The position numbers and the translations under genes were made by a program. Under the pieces are notes generated by a model. It was not told the DNA's origin. It made no database searches and was given only the letters and a program-made list of their open reading frames with translations. A DNA stretch of 63,999 nt, counting the filler, from Craspedostauros australis (lineage: Eukaryota): NCBI GenBank assembly GCA_030167865.1. It is 9 parts of 9 records of this genome, joined end to end, with 100 filler letters (N's around TTAATTAATTAA, not from the genome) between each part and the next. Parts side by side here need not be neighbours in the genome. Positions count along the whole stretch, not along the records: positions 29,155 to 40,986 come from JALAGF010004114.1; positions 41,087 to 52,431 come from JALAGF010004115.1; 7 more parts are not named here. One strand, given 5' to 3'. Below are positions 33,026-44,020 of the stretch, piece after piece. The stretch's first letter is position 1. Every line of letters begins with the position of its first letter.

Positions 33026-35977
33026 ATGAATGCTCCGATCCACACTTCGGCTGTCAACATCGCCGTCAAGCAGACAGCCGCAATTCGGCATTCTCCTATC
33101 TCAGCCATGGCGTCTTCGACCTCCACACCCACCCCACCAACCGGGTCCATCGTCAACACTTCATCGACAAGACGGCGGGCATTGGCAACGAAAGATGAGC
33201 GGCCTCCCAAACGTTCAAGGATGTTTCATGAACCTGCATCCATAGACACCTCTGGCACTGATGCACGTTGTGGTCCCGTTGTGAAAGGCTCATGTGACAA
33301 TCAACCAACGCAGAGACATCATCATCGTCATCGTCAGCAGCAGCAGCAGCCAAACCATTCGCTGGTGTCGCTGCTCGCGAGTATGGGAATGTCGAACTTC
33401 CGTCACAACGAGATGAGCGCGGCGAAGCGGTACTTCTCGCAGGCCTTGGCCATGGCGATCGCTACGATCAAAGACTCAGGCGTCGCTTCCGACATTGGCG
33501 TCTCTATCAAGCCAAACACGATCGTCTCGAGCATCGGCGGCATCCATTTCTCCACCCTCACCTGTGATCGTTGTGAGCTACCACCCGCTCCATCCAGTAA
33601 CACACAGGACGGTGCTCATCTCGCAAATCAATTCACGGTCCACCACGATCATGTGGATCATAAACAGGCCACTCGCAAGCAACATGGGTCGACTGGACCG
33701 CAACACTTGTGTGTTCGCGGGATGTCACCACTCATCGAAACGTCAGCCGCGGGGTACCTTGTCAGGCCGCAGTTCCCAACAGTACCAGTCTCCCCAAATG
33801 AGCCAGGAGGAAAGACGGGACACGAAGTAGCGCCGCCCACAGATACATCGTCGTCACAATCACGCCAGGCTTCCAGAAAACACATCTTTGACGAGGGCAT
33901 GTGGAAATACAGGAATGCGTTGCCGCTCGACTTCATCGGCAAAGCGCCACGAGCAGAAGCAGAAGCTCCACCGCATCGAATCAACCAGCGGAAAGAGCAC
34001 CCGACTCCCATGATTGCCGTCCTCCAGTACAACATAGCGATGACCTGTGCGCGCTCTGGTGACTTTTCTGCCGCGCTGCAGCTATTCCAGACGGCCCTTG
34101 TGTCCCTTGCTGACATTCACGGTGACAGCATCCTCTCAGATCGTGCGTCGAAAACAACACAAGGGGCACAGATGAGCGATGCATCGGATCGCAAGCACAG
34201 TGACGCCGATGGGCGCTGTGGCGAAGCACATGGGCCACAAACGAACGGTAGATACCGGCTGTCTGCACATCGTCAGGAGCTGGTGCACTTCTGTGCCATG
34301 GCCTTGCACAACATCGCCAACTGCCATTATCGACTGGGGTGCAACCGCATTGCGTACGAATGCTACAAGGAGTCCCTCTCCCTGCTGACAGGATTCACGT
34401 CGAAGACCGGGAATCGCGGTGAGACACAAGCATCCTGCAGGATGTCGCACAACCATCACTTGGCCATCGCGCTGAACTGCACAGCCTGCGTCTCCTTCCA
34501 TCTCTCCCTCCCTGGCCAGACCGATTGCATCCTCGAGATGCTGCGACAGAGCTACCAGCTGTACCATCAGAATCGTTTCCACGATGACGAGCATGCGACG
34601 TCAGATGCATCCACTTGGGCGGTATCAGCCGCAACCGTCCTGAACAACATGGGCCGGGTACAGTTCTCCACCGGCGACTTCAACCTCTCGCTCTCGACGT
34701 ACCAGAAGGCGTTGGAGCTGCGCCTCGAAGCGCTTGGCCGCAACTCCATCGATGCTGCAGCTACCATGTACAACACGGGGCAGTGCTACCATCATCTCAA
34801 GCAGTACGACTTGGCGATGAAGCACTACAGGATGTTTCTGGACATCGCCACGAAGGTGCTGGGCGAATGCTCAGAGGATATTGCCATGGTACACAAACGC
34901 ATGGCGGAAGTGCACTTGGAGCATGGGCGACGATCCGACGCCTTGGCATGCCTCCAACGGGCCCATGAATCTGCGCAGAGGGCCTTGGGCGACCATCATC
35001 CGGAAGTGGCGTCGTTGCTCAACCGGCTTGGCAACCTCTCGTACGAGCTCCATGACTTCCGATCGGCGATGAAGTACTACTGCGCTGGATATCGCATCGA
35101 GATCGAAGTGTTGGAACCGAATCACCCGCACATCATCATCACGCTCACGAACATCGCGCACATCCACAAGGACTGGGGCAACCACGAGGCGGCGCTCAAG
35201 GCCTACCAGTCCGTGTATTCAATGCAGCTCGCTAGCTTCGGCATGAACAACATCGCGGCTGCAGGGACGTTGTCCAGCATGGGGCTCATCCAGTACCACA
35301 TGAAGGACTACCCGTCGTCGTTCGACTCGTACCAGGAGGCTCTGCGCATCCGACGCGATCACTACGGCACGGATGACCACGCGGACATCGCCAGCACGCT
35401 CAATTCGGTCGGCCTCGTCCTGTTCAAGCAGGAGTTCCACGATCTCGCGAAGGCATGCTTCCTGGAGAGTCTGAGGATCCGCAAAGCGCTGCTGGGGCCC
35501 AACCACAAGGACGTGGCGATACTGTGGTACAACATAGCCACCATCTACTTCGAGACGGGGCAAGACGATTTGGCGATCGAGGCCTACAAGGAGACGCTGC
35601 GCGTGGAACAGGCCTCGTTGGGTGAAGACCACCCGGACGTCGTCCTGACGATGCAGCACTTGGGACAGGTCCATCAGCAGCTGGGATGCCTCGAGCAGGC
35701 CTTGCGCTACTACTCGGATGCTCTGCGAACGGAACGCAGGCGCCCGAAGCCCAACGACGCCACGATTGCGAAGATCTTGAACTTGTTGGGCAACTGCCAC
35801 CTCCAGCAGGGTCATGTCAAAGAGATGATGGGCTGCTACTCCGAGGCGTCTAGGATCTACGAATCGTTGTTCGTCAGCAATCCTTCGAGGAGGACGGTGG
35901 GCGAAACCTTGATTATTGCTGGTTACAACTTCTACGGCATCAGCCGCATCCACCCGCCCGCTGCGCCGGTGGCGTGA
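33026..35977 (+). CDS. TPR-repeat protein (redundant copy of 18567-21518)
   Basis: Translation is identical to the minus-strand copy. Confidence 0.88.
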   Translation: MNAPIHTSAVNIAVKQTAAIRHSPISAMASSTSTPTPPTGSIVNTSSTRRRALATKDERPPKRSRMFHEPASIDTSGTDARCGPVVKGSCDNQPTQRHHHRHRQQQQQPNHSLVSLLASMGMSNFRHNEMSAAKRYFSQALAMAIATIKDSGVASDIGVSIKPNTIVSSIGGIHFSTLTCDRCELPPAPSSNTQDGAHLANQFTVHHDHVDHKQATRKQHGSTGPQHLCVRGMSPLIETSAAGYLVRPQFPTVPVSPNEPGGKTGHEVAPPTDTSSSQSRQASRKHIFDEGMWKYRNALPLDFIGKAPRAEAEAPPHRINQRKEHPTPMIAVLQYNIAMTCARSGDFSAALQLFQTALVSLADIHGDSILSDRASKTTQGAQMSDASDRKHSDADGRCGEAHGPQTNGRYRLSAHRQELVHFCAMALHNIANCHYRLGCNRIAYECYKESLSLLTGFTSKTGNRGETQASCRMSHNHHLAIALNCTACVSFHLSLPGQTDCILEMLRQSYQLYHQNRFHDDEHATSDASTWAVSAATVLNNMGRVQFSTGDFNLSLSTYQKALELRLEALGRNSIDAAATMYNTGQCYHHLKQYDLAMKHYRMFLDIATKVLGECSEDIAMVHKRMAEVHLEHGRRSDALACLQRAHESAQRALGDHHPEVASLLNRLGNLSYELHDFRSAMKYYCAGYRIEIEVLEPNHPHIIITLTNIAHIHKDWGNHEAALKAYQSVYSMQLASFGMNNIAAAGTLSSMGLIQYHMKDYPSSFDSYQEALRIRRDHYGTDDHADIASTLNSVGLVLFKQEFHDLAKACFLESLRIRKALLGPNHKDVAILWYNIATIYFETGQDDLAIEAYKETLRVEQASLGEDHPDVVLTMQHLGQVHQQLGCLEQALRYYSDALRTERRRPKPNDATIAKILNLLGNCHLQQGHVKEMMGCYSEASRIYESLFVSNPSRRTVGETLIIAGYNFYGISRIHPPAAPVA

Positions 35978-36710
35978 GGTGGATGAATGTAGAGGAGGGG
36001 GGATTTGAGTGGAGTGGAGCAATTGTGCTTGTGACGGTGACTGCAACTGTACATGGACAGGTGGAGCATGGTACTGGGGGCAGTACCATGCTTTGCATTC
36101 GATGATCCGCGCGTCGATCATTGTAGCGGTGCAAGTCTTCATGCTCTATTAGTACTCTACTAAAACCAATGGGACTATTCTGCTATTATAATATATTCTA
36201 GGATAACGACTATTCGATATATGCACACATACTCCAGTGCATGCGTGCAATACGCGCATATTATACTCGTATGCTGCTTGTTTATTCGTTGATGGTGGCG
36301 CCCTCTGCTCGTGGGTTGTGAAGATGTGAATTGTTCATGAAGTGCTCTTCGCGTTGGGGAGATCGGGTGCTTGAATGCAATAGGCACACGCAGCCAGAAG
36401 GTTGTGGACAGGGGGCGATGCCCTGGCGGCAACAGCATTCTACGTGCCCACATGTCATCAACACAGATCTGAACAGAGTGGAGCTCATGATTTCAAAAAG
36501 AAGAAAAAAATAGAACTGTTCCTCCCTACTCGTTATGGTACTCTGAAGGCGTGGCGAATTAGTCTCTGTCCTCATCGAGGGTTGGACGTAAACTCGGTTT
36601 CGTCGTCGTCGTCGTCGTCGTTGTCGTCGCCGTCAACTGTCAATGCGGCTGTTGCTTCGACTGGTGCGTAGTAGGGTTTGCAGAGTTTGGTGAGCATATC
36701 CTCATACCGT

Positions 36711-39061
36711 TTACACGGCGGTTGGGAGGCCCTTGAATGGGAGCTTGTCGCGGTTCTGCTCCTGTCCGATGACACCATAGTCAATTGTCCGCGCCTTGAA
36801 CTGGACCAACATCATCTGGAATTCTTCGGCGGAAACGACCTCCTGCTCGATAAGGACCTGGCTCACGTGCTCCAGCAACTCACGGTTGTCAGTGAGGATC
36901 TTCTTGGCCACGATGTAGCTGTTGTTCACCAGTCTCTCGACCTCGGTGTCGACGGTTCCCATGAGCTTGTCACCCCACTTGGTCTGGCCCTGCAACATCA
37001 TGCGTCCCATGAATGGACCTCCGCCGGATGGCTCGTCCAGCGCGACGCGCCCGACCTTGTCGCTCATTCCCCATTCCTTGACCATGCGCTTGGCGGTGCT
37101 GGCCACCTGCTGGATGTCGTTGGAGGCACCAGTGGTGACCATGTCCTCACCGTAGATGATCTCCTCCGCCAGACGTCCTCCGAGAGCGACGGCGAGCTGG
37201 GACTCGAGATACTGCTTGCTGTACATGCCGGACTCGAGGCGAGACTCCTGTGGTGCGAAGAAGGTCAATCCTCCGGCTCCGTTGGATCGTGGGATGATGG
37301 TGATCTTCTGGACCTGATCGTAGTCTGGCACGAGGGCACCGACGATGGCGTGTCCGGCCTCGTGGTAGGCGACGAGCTCCTTCTGCTTGGCGACCTGGTT
37401 GCCACCCTTCTTTTCGAGACCGACCATGATACGATCGATGGCTCCATCGACTTCCTCCCATCCGATGGTGCTCTTGGCTTTGCGGGCGGCGGAGATGGCG
37501 GCCTCGTTCATGAGGTTCTCAAGCTGGGCTCCGGAGAATCCTGGAGTACGGCGCGAGACGGCCTCAAGGTCGACATCTGGCTCCAAAGGCTTGCCGCGGG
37601 AGTGGACGCCCAAGATGCGGGTGCGGCCCTTGAAGTCTGGGAGGTCGACGGTGACCTTGCGATCGAAACGTCCTGGACGCAAGAGGGCCTGGTCCAAAAT
37701 GTCGACGCGGTTGGTGGCGGCGATGGTGATGATACCTGGGTTTCCGGCGAAACCGTCCATCTCGACGAGGATCTGGTTGATGGTCTGCTCACGCTCGTCG
37801 TTACCTCCGGCGTATCCGGCACCACGCTGGCGACCGACGGCGTCGATCTCATCGATGAAGATGATGCATGGGGCGTTCTTCTTGGCCTGCCCGAAAATGT
37901 CACGGACACGGGAGGCTCCAACTCCGACGAACATCTCCACGAATTCGGATCCTGAGATGCTGATGAATGGGACACCGGATTCTCCGGCGACTGCCTTGGC
38001 GAGGAGGGTCTTTCCTGTTCCTGGTGGTCCGTCAAGGATGACACCACGTGGGATGCGGCATCCGTTCTTGGTGTATGCCTCTGGCTGCTTGAGGAAGTCG
38101 ACGACCTCCGCGAGCTCGAGCTTGGCACCGTCGCATCCGGCGACATCATCGAAGCTGACGCCGGTATCTGGGACCATCTGGATTTCGGCCTTGCTCTTTC
38201 CGAATCCCATTGGGTTCTGTCCACCCATTCCGCCCATGCCACCGCCGGCCTGGCCGCCGGATCGTCGGCTGAGGAAGAAGAGTCCAGCAAAGAGGGCTGC
38301 TGGGAAGATGAGGCTCTGCGCGAGCTCACCGAGTCCACCGGCCTCCTGGGTTGGGAGGACAGTGACATCGACCTGTTGTTGTGGGTGTTGCCGATGGCGC
38401 AATTGAAGTTGGTAGTTGGTGTAATTAATGGAAATCGGCAAAAATGGGGTGAGTGCTTGGTTAATGATGGGCGTTCCTCAGTTGTGCGTACTGTGGCTGT
38501 GTGCATAATGAAGCATATTGGCCAGCACACATTTCATTTCGATGCCAATCAGGCTGAACCGACGCAATAGATCCCCAAATGAAATCGTACGCGACAGGAT
38601 CCATCTTTCAATCTTGTGACTAACGCAGGCTGAATTTTGGATTCGCACGTTGATGCGTCTGCATGTCTGCCATCGTGCTTTCGTACCTTGTGGTCGGTGA
38701 GCTGAGTCAAGAGACCTGGGTCATTTGGGAGGGCCTCGATCTTGAGACGGGCACCATCGACATCGACTCCAAGGAGCTGGGTTCCGTCAGAAGAGAAGGT
38801 GACCTTCTCGATGCGGTCGCCGTCGACGAGTTTGAGGAAGTCGGAGTATCGCACATCGCTTGGTCCGTACTGGTTCTGCTGGATGACCGGGAGGTTGCTG
38901 TTGGTGTTGGCAGCAGGTGGCATGTCCGCGGCCATGAAGACGGCAGACGACGACGATGAGGACGACGACTGCTGGTAGCTTGTCATGGGTGTGAATGGAG
39001 CGAAAGCGGAGGCGCTCTCTGCGAGCAGGAGGCTCATGGCGGCTGTGATTGCGAACTTCAT
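36711..39061 (-). CDS. ftsH: Plastid FtsH (redundant copy); exons 39061-38687, 38372-36711
   Basis: Identical to 15483-17833. This contig also supplies its upstream region (39062-40160). Confidence 0.95.
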
Positions 39062-40161
39062 GGTGATGATTTATTTGTGACTGTTTGTGTCTGTGTGTGA
39101 GATTGTGAGAGAGTGATATACTATCGGAATGTTGCTGCTTCTGTTCAAACGTGAGTATCGTGCGTGGGAATGTGGTGCAAGATGGTGAGTTGGCTCGTTG
39201 GTTGACTGATTGGCTTGTTGGCTGATTGAGTCAGAGACTTTGCTTCGGTTTGGGATTTGTGAGAGATGAAGCTTCGCGACAGAGATCCAAGATGGGAGCC
39301 AGAGTGGAGTTGGAAGATGAGGGATGAATGACTGAACCGTTCGACCGATGCCCGACTTACAATACCTGAAGACTCGATTGTGATGCTGTTGATGCTCCGA
39401 ATGTTTTAAATGCTTCTGATGCTTCGTCTGATGATGATGTCCTCTGACGCTGGTGGTGTTATGACTCGATGAGCAGAGATGTGTCAACGGTGAGTGGATG
39501 GATTGCTGGCAAGTCTCCGGAGACGAAGGATGAGGAAGATCGTCGAAGGAAGAAAGGAAGAAAGGAGACAAGGGGAAGCGGAGAGAAAGAGAGGTGGTTC
39601 AGTCCTTGTACCGGCACTCTACCAATGCTATGCAGCTCAACCCGCAGTCGACAGTTCTCTCGACTCAGCGATGTCAATGATGATGCGGTTGATGCGTCAC
39701 AACGTCCACTTCGTCGACAAAAAAAGTTCTCACACAATTCTCATCGCGTACAAATTAAGATCTCTGCTCAACCCGAACTGCGTTGTTGCTGACGGGGATG
39801 TGGTGGTGGTGGTGGTGTGCTTGCCATCTCTTCAGGTCATGCGACATCGCCGAAATGCTCGCGCGAGTGAGTAGTCAGAGAGAGGTGGCGGTCGTGGTGG
39901 TGGCCGCGCCTTGCCCAATGGGAGCTGTCCGTTGTTTGAGGTGAGGGTTTGTGACTTTGTTTCTCTTGACACCAACTCTCTGCGTACGCTGATGACTCAG
40001 TGGAACTTCCAATGGCTTCAGTCAGGTCACGAGTGATGGCGTCGACTTCAACGTCTCACCGAACAGATGCGTATCTCGACTTTTTTTGCCAAAATTTCGC
40101 CATTCCGCAAGTCCGTCGACGGCAGGTGCTGGCAACACTGACGCTCATCTTCCACCCTCAC

Positions 40162-40986
40162 TAATAATAATAACTCACAATGACTAAACCCATAGAAGGG
40201 AATGCCCCGAGGGCTTTAGACTCGCCCGCACACGCCACACGGCTCCGGCTAGGTCGAGTATACCACAGATAATCGCGCCCACCACGCTTCCTTCCAGATC
40301 GCCAACCCGTCGGCGCCCACCAGCCCCATCCGAAGGCTCTCAAGCCCATACACAGGCCGCCAAAGGCGGCCTGTGTATGGGCAGAGAGCCTTCGGATGGG
40401 GCGTTGGCTCGCCAATCCGGTCAGCAACGACTTCACTTCTTGTCAACCTCCTATCGTACCCAGCCGAAGGCGCTCTGCCCTACACAGGCCGCCGCAGGCG
40501 GCCTGTGTTTGGGCCTGGGCGCCTTCGGCTGGGTTACCGTCCACCACCGCCGAACACTGACCCTGTGCACTCGCGTCGGTTGGTGCCGCTTCTTGATTTC
40601 CTGTCGCTGTGACCGGATTGCCGGCAGTCGGACCCAGGTCGCCGATGCCGTCGCCAACCCACGCGTCGGGTCCACCTGTTCTAACCGCTCGTACGAACCG
40701 CAGCCACGCCGACCTTGTATGTTCGCCGGCCATCGAGGCTGCGTCAGATCCATGCTCTGCCACCGCCCTGTCGAGACGGTTCCAGCCCACGAACCCACGG
40801 GAACGCTCGGTCTCCTCTGTCACCGCGTCCATCGACGCCTGCGCCACAGCAAGAGCCTTGACTGTCGCACTCTTGACTCTGTTACGGCACCTCCACATGC
40901 CATGCACGAACCGCCAGCCCGCTAGCACCGCGTCGCGGGCCCAAGACTCAATCGTGTAGAACCGCCGCCCTGTGCCGTACTGTTCG
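40162..40986 (-). mobile_element. 3' end of a probable non-LTR retrotransposon (LINE/Ambal-like), truncated by the contig end
   Basis: The minus frame is open from the contig edge: EQYGTGRRFYTIESWARDAVLAGWRFVHGMWRCRN...RSAWLRFVRAVR. This resembles the W-x-x-R-N region at the C-terminus of LINE ORF2 proteins. The segment is GC-rich and ends in (TTA)4 at 40162-40173. No RT domain lies within the window. Confidence 0.55.
40323..40534. repeat. Two related long hairpins (40323-40402 and 40458-40534)
   Basis: HP1: gccccatccgaaggctctc-aa-gcccatacacaggccgcc-AAA-ggcggcctgtgtatgggc-a-gagagccttcggatggggc. HP2: acccagccgaaggcgc...acacaggccgcc-GCA-ggcggcctgtgt...gcgccttcggctgggt. Confidence 0.92.
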
Positions 40987-41086
40987 NNNNNNNNNNNNNN
41001 NNNNNNNNNNNNNNNNNNNNNNNNNNNNNNTTAATTAATTAANNNNNNNNNNNNNNNNNNNNNNNNNNNNNNNNNNNNNNNNNNNN

Positions 41087-42350
41087 TGATGGAACGATGG
41101 AATGATGGAACGATGGATGAATTGGGAGTTTGGTGGAGTGGTGGGAACACTGGGGATGTGCACGGCGACACTTTCAGCCACACCTCCAACTACAATCACA
41201 ATCACAATCGAAGTGCGAGTGCGAGCGCAAGTGCAATCAAAGTCGAAGATGGGATGAATGGTTTGGCATGAAAGGTGCAGCCAACTTGCTCCTTCCTTCC
41301 TCCTTCCTCTTATTCGCTTCTTCTTCCTCTCTTTCATCCTTCTGTTTTCTTCCATCTCACCATTTTCCCCACTTCTCCAACCACGACAACACAGAACAAG
41401 CGATAAAAAGAGAAAACAACAAGGAACAATCCCAACAGCCCAGAAAAGCGCGGGACAACACCAACACAACACGCTTGCGCACACGCCAACGTACACGCCA
41501 ACGTACACGCTCGCGTACGTTACACGCTCGCACAAGCACAACAACACACCAACCAACCAAAGCCGGCCACGATCACATTCGTGATCCACACAAACTAACC
41601 ATGAACAATGCACACACATGTCAGAATACATCCAGTCCCGATTGATATTCGTCGATCGATCCATCCAATCGTTTTTAAATCACGACTCGCTCGTCGACCG
41701 GCGCGCACGCGACATGGCCCGAAGGGATAACGTGGCGCTTTGTGGCACATCGTCACACTGCGTGGAACGATATCACGATTCGCAAACGCGTCGCCGTTGT
41801 GTCGTGACGTTATTGGAGGCAGCATGCACGACCTCAACCACATCACAATTTACGGTGGATTCAGGCTACTATACTTGTTTGCACAGGTCCACACACATCA
41901 AATCAAAAACAACACAAGACAACAACACAAGGCATGAAGAGCATGCAAGGTATAACACCATACTCGCCCAAGTGAAAGCAGGAGTGAGATTGCGATCACG
42001 ACCATCAAACAAACGATACTCATCATACCAAACAGTCGCTGGTCCACCAAGGATCTTCGAGAATCGGATGATGGGAAATACAAACGGCGATGGCGGCGGC
42101 TGCAGCTTGGCAGGAAAGTGAGAGCAAGGCGAACGGTGATGGATAGAGAAGATGAAACGCAACCGTGCTTGACCATGTCGATGATGCCAGCGACATGAAA
42201 GGTTCGGGCGCTGGAATCCGGTGGGTGGCGGTGTTGCTGTTGAACGTTGGTGATCGTTGTGAATGTCCAAGTCACATTTGCCTGCGTACTCCACTATGAT
42301 CTACTCTCTATCGTAGAGCTGTATGGTGCGCTGGTTGTGATACTCTGCAG
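41087..42350. repeat. Interspersed repeat/duplicated segment, copy A (copy B at 52532-53800)
   Basis: Appears identical to 52532-53388 over 41087-41943. It is then diverged with indels to ~42306/53744 and weakly similar to ~42350/53800. Different genes follow the two copies. Confidence 0.9.
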
Positions 42351-44020
42351 CGGACCATATCACATCACTTTCTGAAAAAGAGAGAGAGAGAGCTTACTCC
42401 ATCACCGCGCAGGAAATGGCGGTGACTGCTTCTGTTATTGCAGAGCTACGGGTACGTACTATGAACCGACCGCTGCGCGCGTACCCGGAGTGGTGTCGCA
42501 AGAGGGTGCACTTGACGAAAGCTGTTTGAAACTTTGGTCGATCTAACCTCACGTACCCGTACTCCGTTTCGACTTTGGCTCCGCTCATGATCCGGTTCAG
42601 GTGCAGCAGCAGCGAGATCAACGATCGCAGACACCCGCGGCCTACTCATTTGCACATGTGCCCAGCTCCAGCTGGCTCCAGCCACGTCGCTAAGAAGGAG
42701 TGCATGGCGCTTGCACCTCTCCGAAGCTGTGATACTCGCGGCGTATCATGAGGCCACGTGATGGAGATATTGAGGGCACAATATGTATGGAACAGCACCT
42801 TTGAGCAGAGCATGGATCACCGGAGCTTTGTGCTCATATCTATGGTCTAACATCCTTCCGCTTCCAACATACGAGTGGTCATGGTACCGAACGTCCGGTA
42901 TTCCGGAATGGAATAGAGCCGAGTAAAGTAAAGTAAAGTAAGTAAAGTAGAGTAGAGCGCTCTCTTTCTGTGGATCGACAACACAGAACAGTGCAGCGCA
43001 AACAGGAAATTCAACATGTTGCAAGAAGGCACGGTGAAATACATAACTCATGTATTAACAATTAAATTCAGTCCGTTAATATCATAGACCAGATAGTCGG
43101 CTCTAATAACTGTCCGTTTATGATTGGTTGGTCCACGCTGAGAATTTACGAGCACATGTTTCTTTCGCCACATGTATTGGCATTCTCAACGGCTCTCAGG
43201 ATGATTAAATATATTACGCACTTAATATAATATATATATCTAAACACATGCACCCACTTCAAACCAAACGGATCGATGGGTGAGGCGAGATGTGAAGCCT
43301 CTCGACCAATCTCCGTGCTTTCTGTGTGCTTCCTTCCGCAACCTCGTCATTTATTGAGCACCCCATCAGCGGTTGAACTTGGGCGCAGCAACACATTCGT
43401 ACGATTCTAAACAGTCCAGCCACGAGACCACAAGCGCGCACTATCCCTCTCGCCAAATCATCTCGCACTCCACGATAGGAATAGCACGGACACAAGATCC
43501 TGTGCGAGTTTCATTTGTTCTGTGTGCACATCAGAGCAAGTCGCAGCTTCAGCAACATACTGATTCTCGCAGCTGTCCTGCGATACATGTGAATTGTGGT
43601 TGCAACTGTGTACTATACGTGTATGGTACTGTACGGCCTACAATACGTACGACTACGGACACCATCATCCAACGGATACGTTCCACTCATACAACAACTT
43701 CGGAACGACCTTGCAAGCAATTCCGCACCCACTCTGTTCTGTTTGCTCTCCTATATCCTCTTGTGTATTGACAGCAACACAACGACACAACACACTCGCG
43801 TCGCTCATCTCTGATCTTGTGCAGAGTGCTCATCGAAGAGTGAAGAGTGGTTGTACATCACAAAGAGACTCACGGTCGGTTAGCTTCTGACAGAGCATCT
43901 CGCCGCCGTTCAAGAAGACAAATCAACATCAGGCATAGTAAGGCATAGTCAGACACAGCCAGGCGACTTCAAGCAAATATAGGCGAAGACCACCGACGCA
44001 ACGCAACCAACTGAAGCACC

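Larger units (their letters stand above)
29155..39065. repeat. ~9.9-kb reverse-complement copy of 15479-25389 (overlapping/redundant contigs)
   Basis: Every ORF in the track mirrors with coordinate sum 54544 and identical translations. The copy starts exactly at a contig boundary on both contigs. Confidence 0.95.

Noticed and set aside
15479..39065. Apparent giant inverted duplication (palindrome) of ftsH + TPR gene
   Set aside because: The copies lie on different contigs separated by an artificial linker, appear identical and each starts at a contig edge. Overlapping redundant contigs of one locus explain this best.
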